IMG/VR virus record: IMGVR_UViG_2615840601_000001
Length of the DNA: 64,000 nt
Strand: one strand, 5' to 3'
DNA from: a virus
Lineage: Duplodnaviria > Caudoviricetes
This document shows, piece after piece, positions 28,732 through 38,333 of the stretch. Position numbers and translations under genes: made by a program. How positions within the stretch are numbered: the first letter of the stretch is position 1; every line of letters starts with the position of its first letter. The notes under the pieces are model-generated. The model was not told the DNA's origin, made no database searches, and was given only the letters and a program-made list of their open reading frames with translations.

Positions 28732-29082
28732 ATGAAACAGCAAATTGTCACCCTGCCTCAGCCGATCAAACTCAATGGTCAGGATCAGGACAAAGTCACC
28801 ATTGTGCGCGAGCCTATTGGGCGCGAAATGGGCCAATACACGGCTTTTGATCTGATGGAAGGCAATATCAAGGCGCTTGCCTATGTGCTGCCCAAAGTCA
28901 CCAATCCTCCCTTGGCTCGCAATATGGTCCTCGACATGAGCGCCTCCAACCAGATGGCCTTGATTGCGGGGTTCAACCGTTTTTTCGATGGGATGGACGT
29001 GGATGGCTGTGTCGAGACGGTGGATACGGCTCAGACCGAGACGACGATCCCGGCGACGAAGACTTCGACCAAGCCTTCATAG
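28732..29082 (+). CDS. Tail assembly chaperone gpE-like; -1 frameshift extension to 29261
   Basis: Between tube and tape measure; T-TTT-TTC at 28980-28986; -1 frame open to 29261 with FQWSPDYIDGL motif. Confidence 0.8.
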   Translation: MKQQIVTLPQPIKLNGQDQDKVTIVREPIGREMGQYTAFDLMEGNIKALAYVLPKVTNPPLARNMVLDMSASNQMALIAGFNRFFDGMDVDGCVETVDTAQTETTIPATKTSTKPS

Positions 29083-29247
29083 ATCCTCCCAAAAAACCGG
29101 AGGACATGAACCAGATCCGGTATGAAGTCTCGGCCGCCTTTCAATGGTCCCCCGACTATATCGACGGTTTGGACTGGAGCCGCATATATGGCCACTGGAT
29201 CGACGCACGGGAGATCCTGCTAGAGCGAGAAAAGGCATTGAGGAAAA

Positions 29248-31653
29248 GTGAGCAATCTTAATGCATCAATGACGCTCTCCATTCGGGATAAATGGTCCCG
29301 TGGGGCAAAGCGGTTCCAGAAAGACATGAAGGGTCTGGAAAGCTCGTCGCGCCGGTTGCGCGGCGAGTTCAAAGGCGTTTCGAACGACACTCGAAAGATG
29401 GCTCAAGCCAGTTCGGACGCCGCCCGTAAGCAGCTCAAGCTCATTTCGAATTTCAAGCAGACGCAAAAGACGCTGGCTTCGACCAGGAGCGAGTTCGATC
29501 GCGCCAAATCAGAAGTGGCCCGGCTCAAAGAGCAAATGCAGGCGATTGGTCCTCCGGTCAAAGGCTTGGAGCAAAGGCTGAACAAAGCCAACGCCACGCT
29601 AAGCCGAACCAAGGACAAATTCAGGTCGGCCGCCCAAGCCTCTCATGCCGCAAAGAACGGTTTGCGAGAAGCGGGGATTGAGGCGAAACAACTTGCCGCC
29701 ACTGAAAAGCGGCTGTCTTCCAGCCTTGATAAAGCAACGCAGGATTTGCGCGAACAGGCGGCCGCCACGCGCAAGCTCGAGGGCGAGTACCAAAGGCTTG
29801 AGCACCGCAAACGTGCCATTGCAAAGCTGACCGATCGGGAGCGAAACCGACGAAACGATCGTGCCATGCTGGGCGGAAAGATTGCCATAGCGGGGGTTAG
29901 TTCCATGATTGCCGGGCGGCAAGTGGCGCGACCTGTGGTGTCGTCAGCCAACCAGTTTGGCAACTTCGAAGAAGCCATGGACAGCGTGGCGGCCGTTGCG
30001 CGGATCAAACAGAATAGTGGCGATTACAAAGAGCTGTTTAATCTGGCTCGCGAGCTTGGCGCGACCACCAGCTATAGCGCCATTGAAGCCGCTCAAGGCA
30101 TGAACTTTCTTGCCATGGCGGGTATGGACAAAGCATCTATCAAAGCCGCTATGGCTGATGTGCTCAATCTGGCCAAAGCCACCAAGACGGATCTTGCCGC
30201 CACGGCTGATATCTCATCCAATATTCTATCAGGCTTCGGGCTGGCCCCTGAAGAAATGAACCGGGTTGCCAACGTCCTGACCGCGACCACAACGCGGGCC
30301 AATGTTGATTTGACCATGCTGGGCGAGAGCATGAAATATGCCGCCCCTATCGCCAAGCAATTGGGCGTGAGCCTTGAAGAGACCGCCGCCATGGCCGGTC
30401 TTTTGGGGAACGTGGGTATTCAAGGCTCAATGGCCGGTACCAGCTTGCGCACGATCTACACCCGTCTTGCTGCCCCGAACAAGCGGGCGCGGTCTGCGCT
30501 CAAAGCCTTGAAGGTTGAAACGAAGGATCTGAAAGGCAACCTTCTGCCTGTGCCTGATTTGCTTTTGAAGATCGCCAAAGCCAGCGAGGGTATGGGATCG
30601 GGCAAGCGTGCCGAAATGTTTAAAGACATTGTCGGGGCGGAAGCCGGATCTGCCTTTGCCTCGCTCCTTGATGAGCAGGGATTTGAGGTCTTTGAAAAAC
30701 TCTTGAAGGATCTGAAGAACGTCAAAGGGGAAGCCGCCCGCGTCGCCACTGAAATGGGCGACAACTGGATGGGTGATAAAAAGGCGCTCGGTTCGGCTAT
30801 GGCTGAGATTGCCTTGATCTTTGGCGAGTCCCTCAACCCGGCTTTGCGCGAGGCAACCCAATGGATCACAAAGCAAACACGCGCCTTCGGTGAATGGCTC
30901 AAAGCCCACCCAAAACTGACCAGAGCAATCGCTTTCACTGTGGCCGCCCTTGCTGGCTTGCTGGTCGTGGGTGGAGGGTTCTTGACCTTCATGGGCACTT
31001 CCATCGCCCTGTTGGCTGGGTTGCGGTTTGGCCTCTTTATGCTTGGCTTGAAGGCCAAAACCGGTGCCGGAGCAATCGGTTTGGTTGGCACCGCATTGAA
31101 AGCATTGGCCCCGATCAGGTGGGCGGCCTTGTTGCCTGTTGCTGGTCTTGCCAGCGTGGTTAGCAGCATAGTCTCGATCATAGGCGGGATCGGTGCTGGT
31201 TTGGTTACGGCGACGGCTCCGGTTTGGGGTATCATCGCGGCATTGGTCGCAGCCGTCGCTGGTTTTGCCTTGGCGATCTATAATTATTGGGTGCCGATTT
31301 CGGAATTTGTCGGTGGGTTTGCTGACGTCATTGGCGATGCTTTGTCGTCAATGGTTGCCATGTCGCGCACCGTCAAGCGCCACGCAGCAAGCGCCGCCCT
31401 TGCGACCAGTATCGCGGCCGCTCCAATGGCGGCGACGGCCGCGCCATCGATATTGCCTTCTCTGGCGGCCGCAGAAGCCACCGCCGCAGGCAAGACCGAT
31501 AGAAAGATAGAGCTCAATGTATCGGTTCCGATCGGCTCTATCACGGCAAGCGACCCCAACATCGAGGCCCGTGTTCAGCAAGCCATTCACGCCGGTGTTG
31601 AAGAGGCCGTTGAACGGGCTTTGGCCCGCCTCTCTGACCGGCTCGGAGACTGA
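29248..31653 (+). CDS. Tail tape measure protein (TP901-like core)
   Basis: ARELGATTSYSA.EAAQG..FLAMAG, LGESMKYAAP, GIQGSMAGT. Confidence 0.93.
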   Translation: MSNLNASMTLSIRDKWSRGAKRFQKDMKGLESSSRRLRGEFKGVSNDTRKMAQASSDAARKQLKLISNFKQTQKTLASTRSEFDRAKSEVARLKEQMQAIGPPVKGLEQRLNKANATLSRTKDKFRSAAQASHAAKNGLREAGIEAKQLAATEKRLSSSLDKATQDLREQAAATRKLEGEYQRLEHRKRAIAKLTDRERNRRNDRAMLGGKIAIAGVSSMIAGRQVARPVVSSANQFGNFEEAMDSVAAVARIKQNSGDYKELFNLARELGATTSYSAIEAAQGMNFLAMAGMDKASIKAAMADVLNLAKATKTDLAATADISSNILSGFGLAPEEMNRVANVLTATTTRANVDLTMLGESMKYAAPIAKQLGVSLEETAAMAGLLGNVGIQGSMAGTSLRTIYTRLAAPNKRARSALKALKVETKDLKGNLLPVPDLLLKIAKASEGMGSGKRAEMFKDIVGAEAGSAFASLLDEQGFEVFEKLLKDLKNVKGEAARVATEMGDNWMGDKKALGSAMAEIALIFGESLNPALREATQWITKQTRAFGEWLKAHPKLTRAIAFTVAALAGLLVVGGGFLTFMGTSIALLAGLRFGLFMLGLKAKTGAGAIGLVGTALKALAPIRWAALLPVAGLASVVSSIVSIIGGIGAGLVTATAPVWGIIAALVAAVAGFALAIYNYWVPISEFVGGFADVIGDALSSMVAMSRTVKRHAASAALATSIAAAPMAATAAPSILPSLAAAEATAAGKTDRKIELNVSVPIGSITASDPNIEARVQQAIHAGVEEAVERALARLSDRLGD

Positions 31654-31655
31654 TT

Positions 31656-32057
31656 ATGAGACCACTTGCAGCCCTTGGTATGTTTGTTTTTGCCCCTGAC
31701 ATTGGATCATTCGAGCAGCTTGAACGGCAATGGCAGTTCACTTGGGCAAAGCCTGATCCGATCGGCTCAGCCCCGCTTAAACAATGGACTGGCCCCGGTG
31801 ACCAGACCATTCACATTCGCGGTGGGATCTGGCCAGAAATTCAGCCCGCAGGCACATGGAAGATTGAAGCCCTTGCTGAACAGGCAGGCCGGGGAAAGCC
31901 GCTTAGCTTCGTGCTTGGCAATGGCATGGTTCTTGGCCGTTGGTGCGTTGAAAGCATCTCGAAGAAGGAAAGCGAGTTCCTTTCTCATCTGCCTGCGGCC
32001 ATCGAGTTCGAAATCCAGATGAGCAAAAGCACGGGAGGTGGGCAATGGCCATTCTAG
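31656..32057 (+). CDS. P2 gpU-like tail protein
   Basis: ALGMFVF, QWTGPG.Q.I.I.G, G.G..LG.W.V. Confidence 0.88.
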   Translation: MRPLAALGMFVFAPDIGSFEQLERQWQFTWAKPDPIGSAPLKQWTGPGDQTIHIRGGIWPEIQPAGTWKIEALAEQAGRGKPLSFVLGNGMVLGRWCVESISKKESEFLSHLPAAIEFEIQMSKSTGGGQWPF

Positions 32058-32281
32058 TTCGCGCTCATGACGGCGAGCTGCTCGAGGAGCTGATCATGCG
32101 CCACTATGGCCGCCAGTCGGTGACGCTTGTTGAGCTGGTTCGGTCGCACGTCAAGAACCGCCCTTTGAACCGGCCTAACAGCCCGATCGCGCTTGATATG
32201 ACTATCGAGGTTTGGTGCCCCGATGCGCCGTTGAGTGAGACGCCGAACATCACGCCATTCAGTCAAAGTCTGGATGATTGA
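32045..32281 (+). CDS. P2 gpX-like tail protein
   Basis: DGE.L..LI.RHYG; between U and D. Confidence 0.75.
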   Translation: MAILVRAHDGELLEELIMRHYGRQSVTLVELVRSHVKNRPLNRPNSPIALDMTIEVWCPDAPLSETPNITPFSQSLDD

Positions 32282-32283
32282 GC

Positions 32284-33273
32284 ATGAACCTTTATGCCTC
32301 CATCGCCGGGAGAAATATCAGCTCCTATTTGACCAACCTTCTGGGGCAAGGCCGCTTGATGGATCTGACCATCACGGATGAAGTGAGCGGCAAGGCTGAT
32401 AAAGCTTCTTTGACTGTGGTGCGTGACGGCACGATGCAGCCGCCGCCTGAGCAGTCAGAATTGGTTTTTGCGTTGCCCGATCGGGCGGGCATGTTGCGGC
32501 CAATGGGCACCTACTATTCCGACGCGCCAAAGACTTCGGGTGCCAAGTCATCAGGCCACAAAATGAGCCTGTCCGGTACCACAGCGAACATGGCGAACAA
32601 GCTCAAGGAAAAGCGCACGGACAGCTACGACCAGAAGACTGTGAAAGACGTTGTTGGCAAGGTCGCTGGGCGGCAAGGCCTCGCCCCTGTTGTCAGCAAG
32701 GCCCTTGGCTCGATGAAGATCCCCCACAAGGATCAGGTCAATGTCAGTGACATGCACTTCCTCAAGACATGGGCGGCCGATCTGGGGGCATTCTTCAAGA
32801 TCAAAGATGGCAAGATCTTCTTTCTGGAGAACGGCAGCGCCAAGACCGCAAGCGGCGCTCCAATGTTACCGGTGAGCTGCATCGGGACCGAGATAATCTC
32901 CTATTCATGGTCTGGCGGCAAACGCGAAAAGTACAAATCCGCCAAGGCGGCTTGGCACGATCAAGCCAAATCAGAACGCATGTTTGAGACGGCTGGATCA
33001 GGCACGCCAGAGCTTTCTTTGACCAAGACTTATGCGAGCAAGGAGGAAGCCAAAAAGGCGGCGGCCTCAGCGTTGAAAGAGGCAAGCGTCAAGGATGACA
33101 AATGCACGATAACGGTGCCCGGTGACGCAAGCCTGAGAGCAGGCGGCGAGTATATTATCCCGCCGTTCATTCAGCCCGAATTGTCCGGCTCTTGGTTCAT
33201 CGCCAAGGCCATTCACAAAGTGAGTAAATCAAGCGGGTATCTGACCACGCTTTCATTGGAGAGAAAGAGATGA
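32284..33273 (+). CDS. P2 gpD-like baseplate hub / late control protein
   Basis: LTITDE.SG.AD, DQ...SD.HFL...A..LGA..KIK. Confidence 0.88.
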   Translation: MNLYASIAGRNISSYLTNLLGQGRLMDLTITDEVSGKADKASLTVVRDGTMQPPPEQSELVFALPDRAGMLRPMGTYYSDAPKTSGAKSSGHKMSLSGTTANMANKLKEKRTDSYDQKTVKDVVGKVAGRQGLAPVVSKALGSMKIPHKDQVNVSDMHFLKTWAADLGAFFKIKDGKIFFLENGSAKTASGAPMLPVSCIGTEIISYSWSGGKREKYKSAKAAWHDQAKSERMFETAGSGTPELSLTKTYASKEEAKKAAASALKEASVKDDKCTITVPGDASLRAGGEYIIPPFIQPELSGSWFIAKAIHKVSKSSGYLTTLSLERKR

Positions 33274-33416
33274 TGAAGCGCAGCAAAACTGCCGAAGCAA
33301 GGATGAGCGAAGCGGCTTTGACCATAATGATTGTCGCGCTGCTTCTTGTCTGCTCGATCCTGATCGGCGTGGGCTGGTCGGCCCTCCAGTTCATTCAATG
33401 GGTGGGCTGGGTTTGA
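33270..33416 (+). CDS. 48-aa membrane protein (below ORF-track cutoff)
   Basis: ATGA overlap with gpD stop; long hydrophobic stretch ALTIMIVALLLVCSILIGVGW. Confidence 0.5.
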   Translation: MMKRSKTAEARMSEAALTIMIVALLLVCSILIGVGWSALQFIQWVGWV

Positions 33417-33587
33417 TGGGCCAAAGGATCAAATAGCAGGCGAGAGATTAAGAGCGTTGACGCGCTCGAAAACACGGGGCCTAGATTGGCGTCAAAACCC
33501 CGCCGATGAAACAAAAGCATAACACCGCTCTCGCCAGCTCTGCCCACGCGGAATGAGCAGCGAGATCAAGTTATGTGAGTCTTCTTA

Positions 33588-33788
33588 ATGGAGTCTATCC
33601 GTTGTAGTGCCTGTCAGGCATTGCTGTTTAAAACCGAAGAAAAGGCCATCTCCGGCCGGATTGAAATCAAGTGTCGGAGATGCCGAACAATCAATCATTT
33701 GAGGCCAGCAGAGCCCGAAACTGATTGCCTAGAGCAACCAGCTATCGGAGAAAAATCTTGTGGCTCTATGTCCCACTCGAAACCCTGA
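33588..33788 (+). CDS. com: Com-family zinc-finger translational regulator
   Basis: IRCSACQALLF...IEIKCRRCRTIN; overlaps the start of the methylase as in Mu com-mom. Confidence 0.9.
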   Translation: MESIRCSACQALLFKTEEKAISGRIEIKCRRCRTINHLRPAEPETDCLEQPAIGEKSCGSMSHSKP

Positions 33789-34681
33789 AATCAATCCCTT
33801 CAACGGTCTTTCCCTCTGCTCCGGATTTGGAGGTTTGGAACTCGGCCTGCATGTCGCACAACCCGAATATCGAACTGTGTGTTATGTCGAGCAAGAAGCT
33901 TTTGCAGCGGCCACCCTCGTGGCACGGATGGAAGATCAGGCCTTGGATCACGCGCCTGTCTGGTCCAATGTTAAGTCCTTCGACGGCCGCCCGTGGCGTG
34001 GCAAAGTTCATATCCTCACTGCAGGATATCCATGTCAGCCTTTCTCAGCCTCCGGCCTTCAAAAAGGAAAGAAAGACCCCCGCCACCTTTGGCCAGAAGT
34101 GGCCCGCATTATCAGAGAATGTAGCCCCGAATGGGTCTTCTGCGAAAATGTCGAAGGACATTTGGACCGTGGATTTGACGAAGTTGCCCTCGAGCTACAA
34201 AGCATGGGCTTTACAGTCAAAGCAGGCTTGTTCTCGGCGGCTGAAGTTGGTGCGTCCCACCTCCGGCGCCGGCTCTTCATTCTGGCCCACGCCAACAACT
34301 GCGCCGAACGGCAACCGGGCCGAGTTTCGGATGTGCAGGGAGAAGGGGTTGCGGATTGTTCCGGCAATCGATCAAGCTGGCTCTCAGATTGGGATAGTCA
34401 ACTCTGCTCGCATCTGGACAACTCTTTGGATCCTGACACAAGCTCTGGGCATGGTCCCGAACGGATCGAGCCACTTCCCATATTCGCGCCAGCTCCATGT
34501 GACTTTGAGACCTGGAAGCGGATCCTCACCCGGCGAGAGGACCTACAACCTGAATTTTTCGGACTGGATGATGGGTTGGCCAATCGGATGGAGCGAACCA
34601 GGGCAGCCGGTAACGGAGTGGTCAGCTTGGCTGCTGCATATGCGTATGTCTCTCTCCGAGCTGCTTTCGAGGGTTGATTGA
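33725..34681 (+). CDS. Overlapping alternative-frame ORF, probable second methyltransferase subunit (true start uncertain)
   Basis: 318 stop-free codons with FWPTPTT and motif IX-like LNFSDWMMGWPIGW. Confidence 0.6.
   Translation: MPRATSYRRKILWLYVPLETLKSIPSTVFPSAPDLEVWNSACMSHNPNIELCVMSSKKLLQRPPSWHGWKIRPWITRLSGPMLSPSTAARGVAKFISSLQDIHVSLSQPPAFKKERKTPATFGQKWPALSENVAPNGSSAKMSKDIWTVDLTKLPSSYKAWALQSKQACSRRLKLVRPTSGAGSSFWPTPTTAPNGNRAEFRMCREKGLRIVPAIDQAGSQIGIVNSARIWTTLWILTQALGMVPNGSSHFPYSRQLHVTLRPGSGSSPGERTYNLNFSDWMMGWPIGWSEPGQPVTEWSAWLLHMRMSLSELLSRVD
33760..34677 (+). CDS. C5-cytosine DNA methyltransferase, catalytic chain (mom position)
   Basis: Motif I LCSGFGG, IV GYPCQPFS, VI ENV, VIII HLRRRLF, X AAGNGV; motif IX not evident in this frame. 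Confidence 0.9.
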   Translation: MALCPTRNPEINPFNGLSLCSGFGGLELGLHVAQPEYRTVCYVEQEAFAAATLVARMEDQALDHAPVWSNVKSFDGRPWRGKVHILTAGYPCQPFSASGLQKGKKDPRHLWPEVARIIRECSPEWVFCENVEGHLDRGFDEVALELQSMGFTVKAGLFSAAEVGASHLRRRLFILAHANNCAERQPGRVSDVQGEGVADCSGNRSSWLSDWDSQLCSHLDNSLDPDTSSGHGPERIEPLPIFAPAPCDFETWKRILTRREDLQPEFFGLDDGLANRMERTRAAGNGVVSLAAAYAYVSLRAAFEG

Positions 34682-34902
34682 TAGGCGCTTCAAGATCGGT
34701 TCGGAGGGGCTTCGAGCCGGTCGCTCTGCTTTAGCGAAAGGGTGGTTAACCTCGCTGAGGAGCTTCAATTGGCCTTCAAAAGTAGTTTAGTGCTCAGTGA
34801 AAGGCATTTTACCGCGAGCTTTAATAAGCGGCCCTCGCCGATTTTCAATTATGATTTTAGCCTTTGCTCGCCAAATTGATAGTAATGCGCATTCTAAGAA
34901 AA

Positions 34903-35676
34903 TCAGTAGTCATACCAAACTTCATATTCTCGAGAGGTAGCCGCCGAACGTGCGCCCTTGCTTAAGTTGCAACTTGAGCAAGTCAATTGTAGGTTGGTTA
35001 TGCAGTTCATCCCTCCATGTGCCAATGGAATAATATGGTCATAGTGGATCTGCGACTGTTGGCTGAACAGCTTAGTGAGGTCCGTCTGACAGAGTACGCA
35101 TCGCCCCTTGTCTCTATGAAACACGGCATTCTCTGCCCATTTTGGGATTGAAGCTCGAATTAGGTGACCTGCGTCGTTGAATGCTTCTGGCACGAACGAT
35201 GGAGCTGTTTCCAAGACGTAGCTTCTTACCATATGTCCAAATGCAGACATCGTTCCGCGATTTGAGAACAACACGTAAAAAACCTGCTTCGATATTGTCT
35301 CACACAGCTCGGTAATTAGGTCTTCTTGCTGTAGAGCGTCCAGATACTCGTAACCGTCGAATCGGCCAAACTTCGAAGGGGTAATTGATGAGTAGTCAAA
35401 GCTATTTGACTGGAGTAGATAATCGACCCAGTATTCACCTGGACTGCGCTCGGCAATTTCGGCGTCCTCAAAGATCACGCTTGAAATGAGCTCTTCCACG
35501 AAGGCATGAAAACAGGTCCACTTGGAATACCTTTGCGCTAGAGCGGCTGACGACATATCACCGAATATGTCCTCGATATTCCGAAGGTATCTGTCAGGGT
35601 GCCGTGTCACGCCGTCAACCATCTGGCAAATGAAGTAGAGATCGGTAGTCGATACCAACTGGAGCTGTGAAACCAA
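34903..35676 (-). CDS. HNH endonuclease with uncharacterised N-terminal domain (candidate defence cargo)
   Basis: VFHRDKGRCVLC...HYDHIIPLAHGGMN...NLQLTCSSCNLSKG. Confidence 0.88.
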   Translation of the reverse strand: MVSQLQLVSTTDLYFICQMVDGVTRHPDRYLRNIEDIFGDMSSAALAQRYSKWTCFHAFVEELISSVIFEDAEIAERSPGEYWVDYLLQSNSFDYSSITPSKFGRFDGYEYLDALQQEDLITELCETISKQVFYVLFSNRGTMSAFGHMVRSYVLETAPSFVPEAFNDAGHLIRASIPKWAENAVFHRDKGRCVLCQTDLTKLFSQQSQIHYDHIIPLAHGGMNCITNLQLTCSSCNLSKGARSAATSREYEVWYDY

Positions 35677-36178
35677 GTGCTTAAGCCTCCGCTGCGGCCT
35701 GAGTTAGCAAAAAAAATCGCCAATACAGTTGTGCAAATCAAATGTTACATATTCAATCGTGGAAGAAAACTACGGTTGGGCTGTGCTTAAGCCGCTGCCT
35801 GTTTGAATCGCCGTTTAGGGAATGCAGTACGGCTGTCGGGCCGAACGCTCAAGGCAAGGAGAGGTGCTGCAGCTGCACACTGCTGATCCATCCGGTGACC
35901 CAGTCTAGTTGCAGCAATGGGCTCAACTCTACTCATGTATCGCAAAATTATTGGGCCTAGAGGGCCAAACCTAATTTCAAGAGACGACACATTGCGGCCG
36001 CTCTATCCACCCACGGTAAACGTCCGGTCGCAGCCCTAGGCGGACATGCCTCAAATTCGACTTATGCACTGCGCTAACCCGAAATGGATCGCCAAGGCTT
36101 CCACTTACCGGTCGTTTTATCATATGAATGTTGTATGCGTGGCGCTAGACAGTTTTACGCACTCAAGGAGAAGACTAT

Positions 36179-37387
36179 ATGCTTAAATCGCTTGAACTCT
36201 TTGCAGGTGCAGGCGGTCTTGTTCTAGGCACTGAACTGTCAGGTTTTCGTGCTGTTGCCGCCGTTGAGCACAACCGTTGGGCATGCGAGACGCTGATGGA
36301 CAACGCAACGCGTGAATACCCGCTTGTGCGAAATCTTCGAGTGGTCCAAAGCGATGTACGCGAATTCGATCTGGCTTCCATCCCCGAAGACATCGACCTA
36401 GTTTCCGGAGGCCCTCCATGTCAGCCATTTTCAATGGGTGGCCGTGCACGAGGTTTCAACGATGATCGGGACATGTTCTCGGCATTTGCAAGGATAGTCG
36501 CAGAGACGAAACCTCGAGCCTTTATTATTGAGAACGTTCGCGGTTTGACTCGACCAGCCTTTGAGAACTATGTCTCATATATCGAGCTCCGTATGAGTAT
36601 GCCCGAAGTGTTGCAGCGCCCTGGGGAGCTATGGCCTGACCATATGCGGCGACTAGAACGTGAGCGAACCTCCACTGGCGACAAGGGTATCCAGTATTCC
36701 GTGCTGAGGGAGCTTTTCGACGCTGCAGACTTTGGAGCACCACAGCGTCGGCATCGCGTATTCTTCGTAGGGTTTCGCCAAGATCAGAATGTTCACTGGA
36801 GTTTCCCTGAAGTCACGCACTCTCAAGATGGACTTATCTATGATCAGTGGGTTAGCGGGGAATATTGGGAACGGCATGGCATTTCAAGGAAGGAACGTGG
36901 GACTGTCCCCGATCGTCTTGTTAAACGAGTTGAGGCACTTCGCGGTCGAAACGATCATATTGGCGCGCCTTGGAGAACAGTTCGAGATGCACTGCGAACT
37001 CTACCTGAACCGCACAAGGATGGCAGCGATACGCTAGGTATTGCAAACCATCGGTTTCAGCCAGGTGCACGACCGTATCCGGGCCATACTGGGTCTCCCC
37101 TTGATGCTCCCTCAAAAGCATTGAAGGCTGGAGATCATGGAGTTCCTGGAGGGGAGAACATGTTGGTTCGCCCCGATGGTTCCTGTCGTTATTTCACCGT
37201 TCGTGAAGCAGCTCGAATTCAGGGTTTCCCTGATGGATATGTCTTCCATGGAGCGTGGTCCGAAACCATGCGGCAGCTTGGGAATGCGGTGCCTGTCATG
37301 CTCGCCCAAGCGATTGCGTCTTCCGTTGCGGAGCGACTTCTCGAGGCCGATGTAGAGACGCTGTCTAAATGCCAGAGGATGCACTGA
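36179..37387 (+). CDS. Type II R-M C5-cytosine methyltransferase
   Basis: LFAGAGG, GGPPCQPFS, ENVRG, QRRHRVF, FTVREAARIQGFP, LGNAVP. Confidence 0.95.
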   Translation: MLKSLELFAGAGGLVLGTELSGFRAVAAVEHNRWACETLMDNATREYPLVRNLRVVQSDVREFDLASIPEDIDLVSGGPPCQPFSMGGRARGFNDDRDMFSAFARIVAETKPRAFIIENVRGLTRPAFENYVSYIELRMSMPEVLQRPGELWPDHMRRLERERTSTGDKGIQYSVLRELFDAADFGAPQRRHRVFFVGFRQDQNVHWSFPEVTHSQDGLIYDQWVSGEYWERHGISRKERGTVPDRLVKRVEALRGRNDHIGAPWRTVRDALRTLPEPHKDGSDTLGIANHRFQPGARPYPGHTGSPLDAPSKALKAGDHGVPGGENMLVRPDGSCRYFTVREAARIQGFPDGYVFHGAWSETMRQLGNAVPVMLAQAIASSVAERLLEADVETLSKCQRMH

Positions 37388-38046
37388 TGGCGCAGGAGGA
37401 ATCAGTAACTAGAGAGTTTGAACCTTTCGACCCACTCGCTCGTACGAACCTCGCCGCATCAGCGGCAGAAGCTCTTTTGGATACCGCGCCTGAACCGCTT
37501 AACACCTTGGTGCCCTTTTGGGGGGCAGGCGTTTACGCGATCTACTATACTGGAGACTTTCCGGCATACAGCTGGATCGCGAAGTCCAACGACAATGGTA
37601 GGTGGCTCGCGCCTCTTTATGTGGGCAAGGCTATTCCAAGTGGAGGTCGCAAAGGTAGTTCAGGACTTGAACCCCCGCGTGGAAAGTACCTGTTCAATCG
37701 GTTGAACCAACATGCCGAAAGTGTCAGGGCGGCGGAAAACCTAAATATCGAGCATTTCCATGCTCGATTCCTTGTAGTTGTTGATATTTTTATCCCTCTC
37801 ATCGAGAATCTGATGATTTCACGTTTTGCTCCTATCTGGAACAATCCTGTGGATGGCTTCGGAAATCACGATCCAGGTGCAGGGAGACGAAAAGGAATGC
37901 GCCCGCGTTGGGATGTCCTACATCCCGGTCGGCGATGGGCAGACTTATGCGGTCAACGCCCAGAGACGCAGGAAAGCATCGCTAGGGAAGTCGAGGCATT
38001 GCTCTCAGCTCGTGCAGTGCCTGATCAAAGAATGATTCAACCGTAG
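37387..38046 (+). CDS. Eco29kI-family GIY-YIG restriction endonuclease
   Basis: GAGVYAIYYTG, LYVGKA, RLNQH, E..MI....P.WN..DGFGNHDPG.GR; TGATG-coupled to methylase. Confidence 0.9.
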   Translation: MAQEESVTREFEPFDPLARTNLAASAAEALLDTAPEPLNTLVPFWGAGVYAIYYTGDFPAYSWIAKSNDNGRWLAPLYVGKAIPSGGRKGSSGLEPPRGKYLFNRLNQHAESVRAAENLNIEHFHARFLVVVDIFIPLIENLMISRFAPIWNNPVDGFGNHDPGAGRRKGMRPRWDVLHPGRRWADLCGQRPETQESIAREVEALLSARAVPDQRMIQP

Positions 38047-38206
38047 TGTGCCGCTTAAAGAAATTTCCTGTTTAGTACGACGTCAAGTGTACAAAACCAG
38101 CGCTATCGAGCAGGAGTTGCTCCTAACTTTTAGCAATTGATCTGTAGTTTGCTCTGAATGACGACAAGAGCTATGGTGACTTGCGCATCATTGCTGTCCG
38201 TTTGGC

Positions 38207-38241
38207 GCAGTGAGCAGTGAGCAGTGAGCAGTGAGCAGTGA
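38207..38241. repeat. Heptamer tandem repeat (GCAGTGA)x5
   Basis: Five exact copies, non-coding. Confidence 0.95.
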
Positions 38242-38333
38242 GGGGAGTGAGACTCCCGAAGCTCAAAAGGTCCTCAAATGACCTTCTAGACCCCTTCAAA
38301 TCGGTTTCTTGATTTGTTTCTGATTTTGAGAAG

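Noticed and set aside
38207-38241. Possible CRISPR array
   Set aside because: Heptamer tandem repeat with no spacers, and no cas genes in the window
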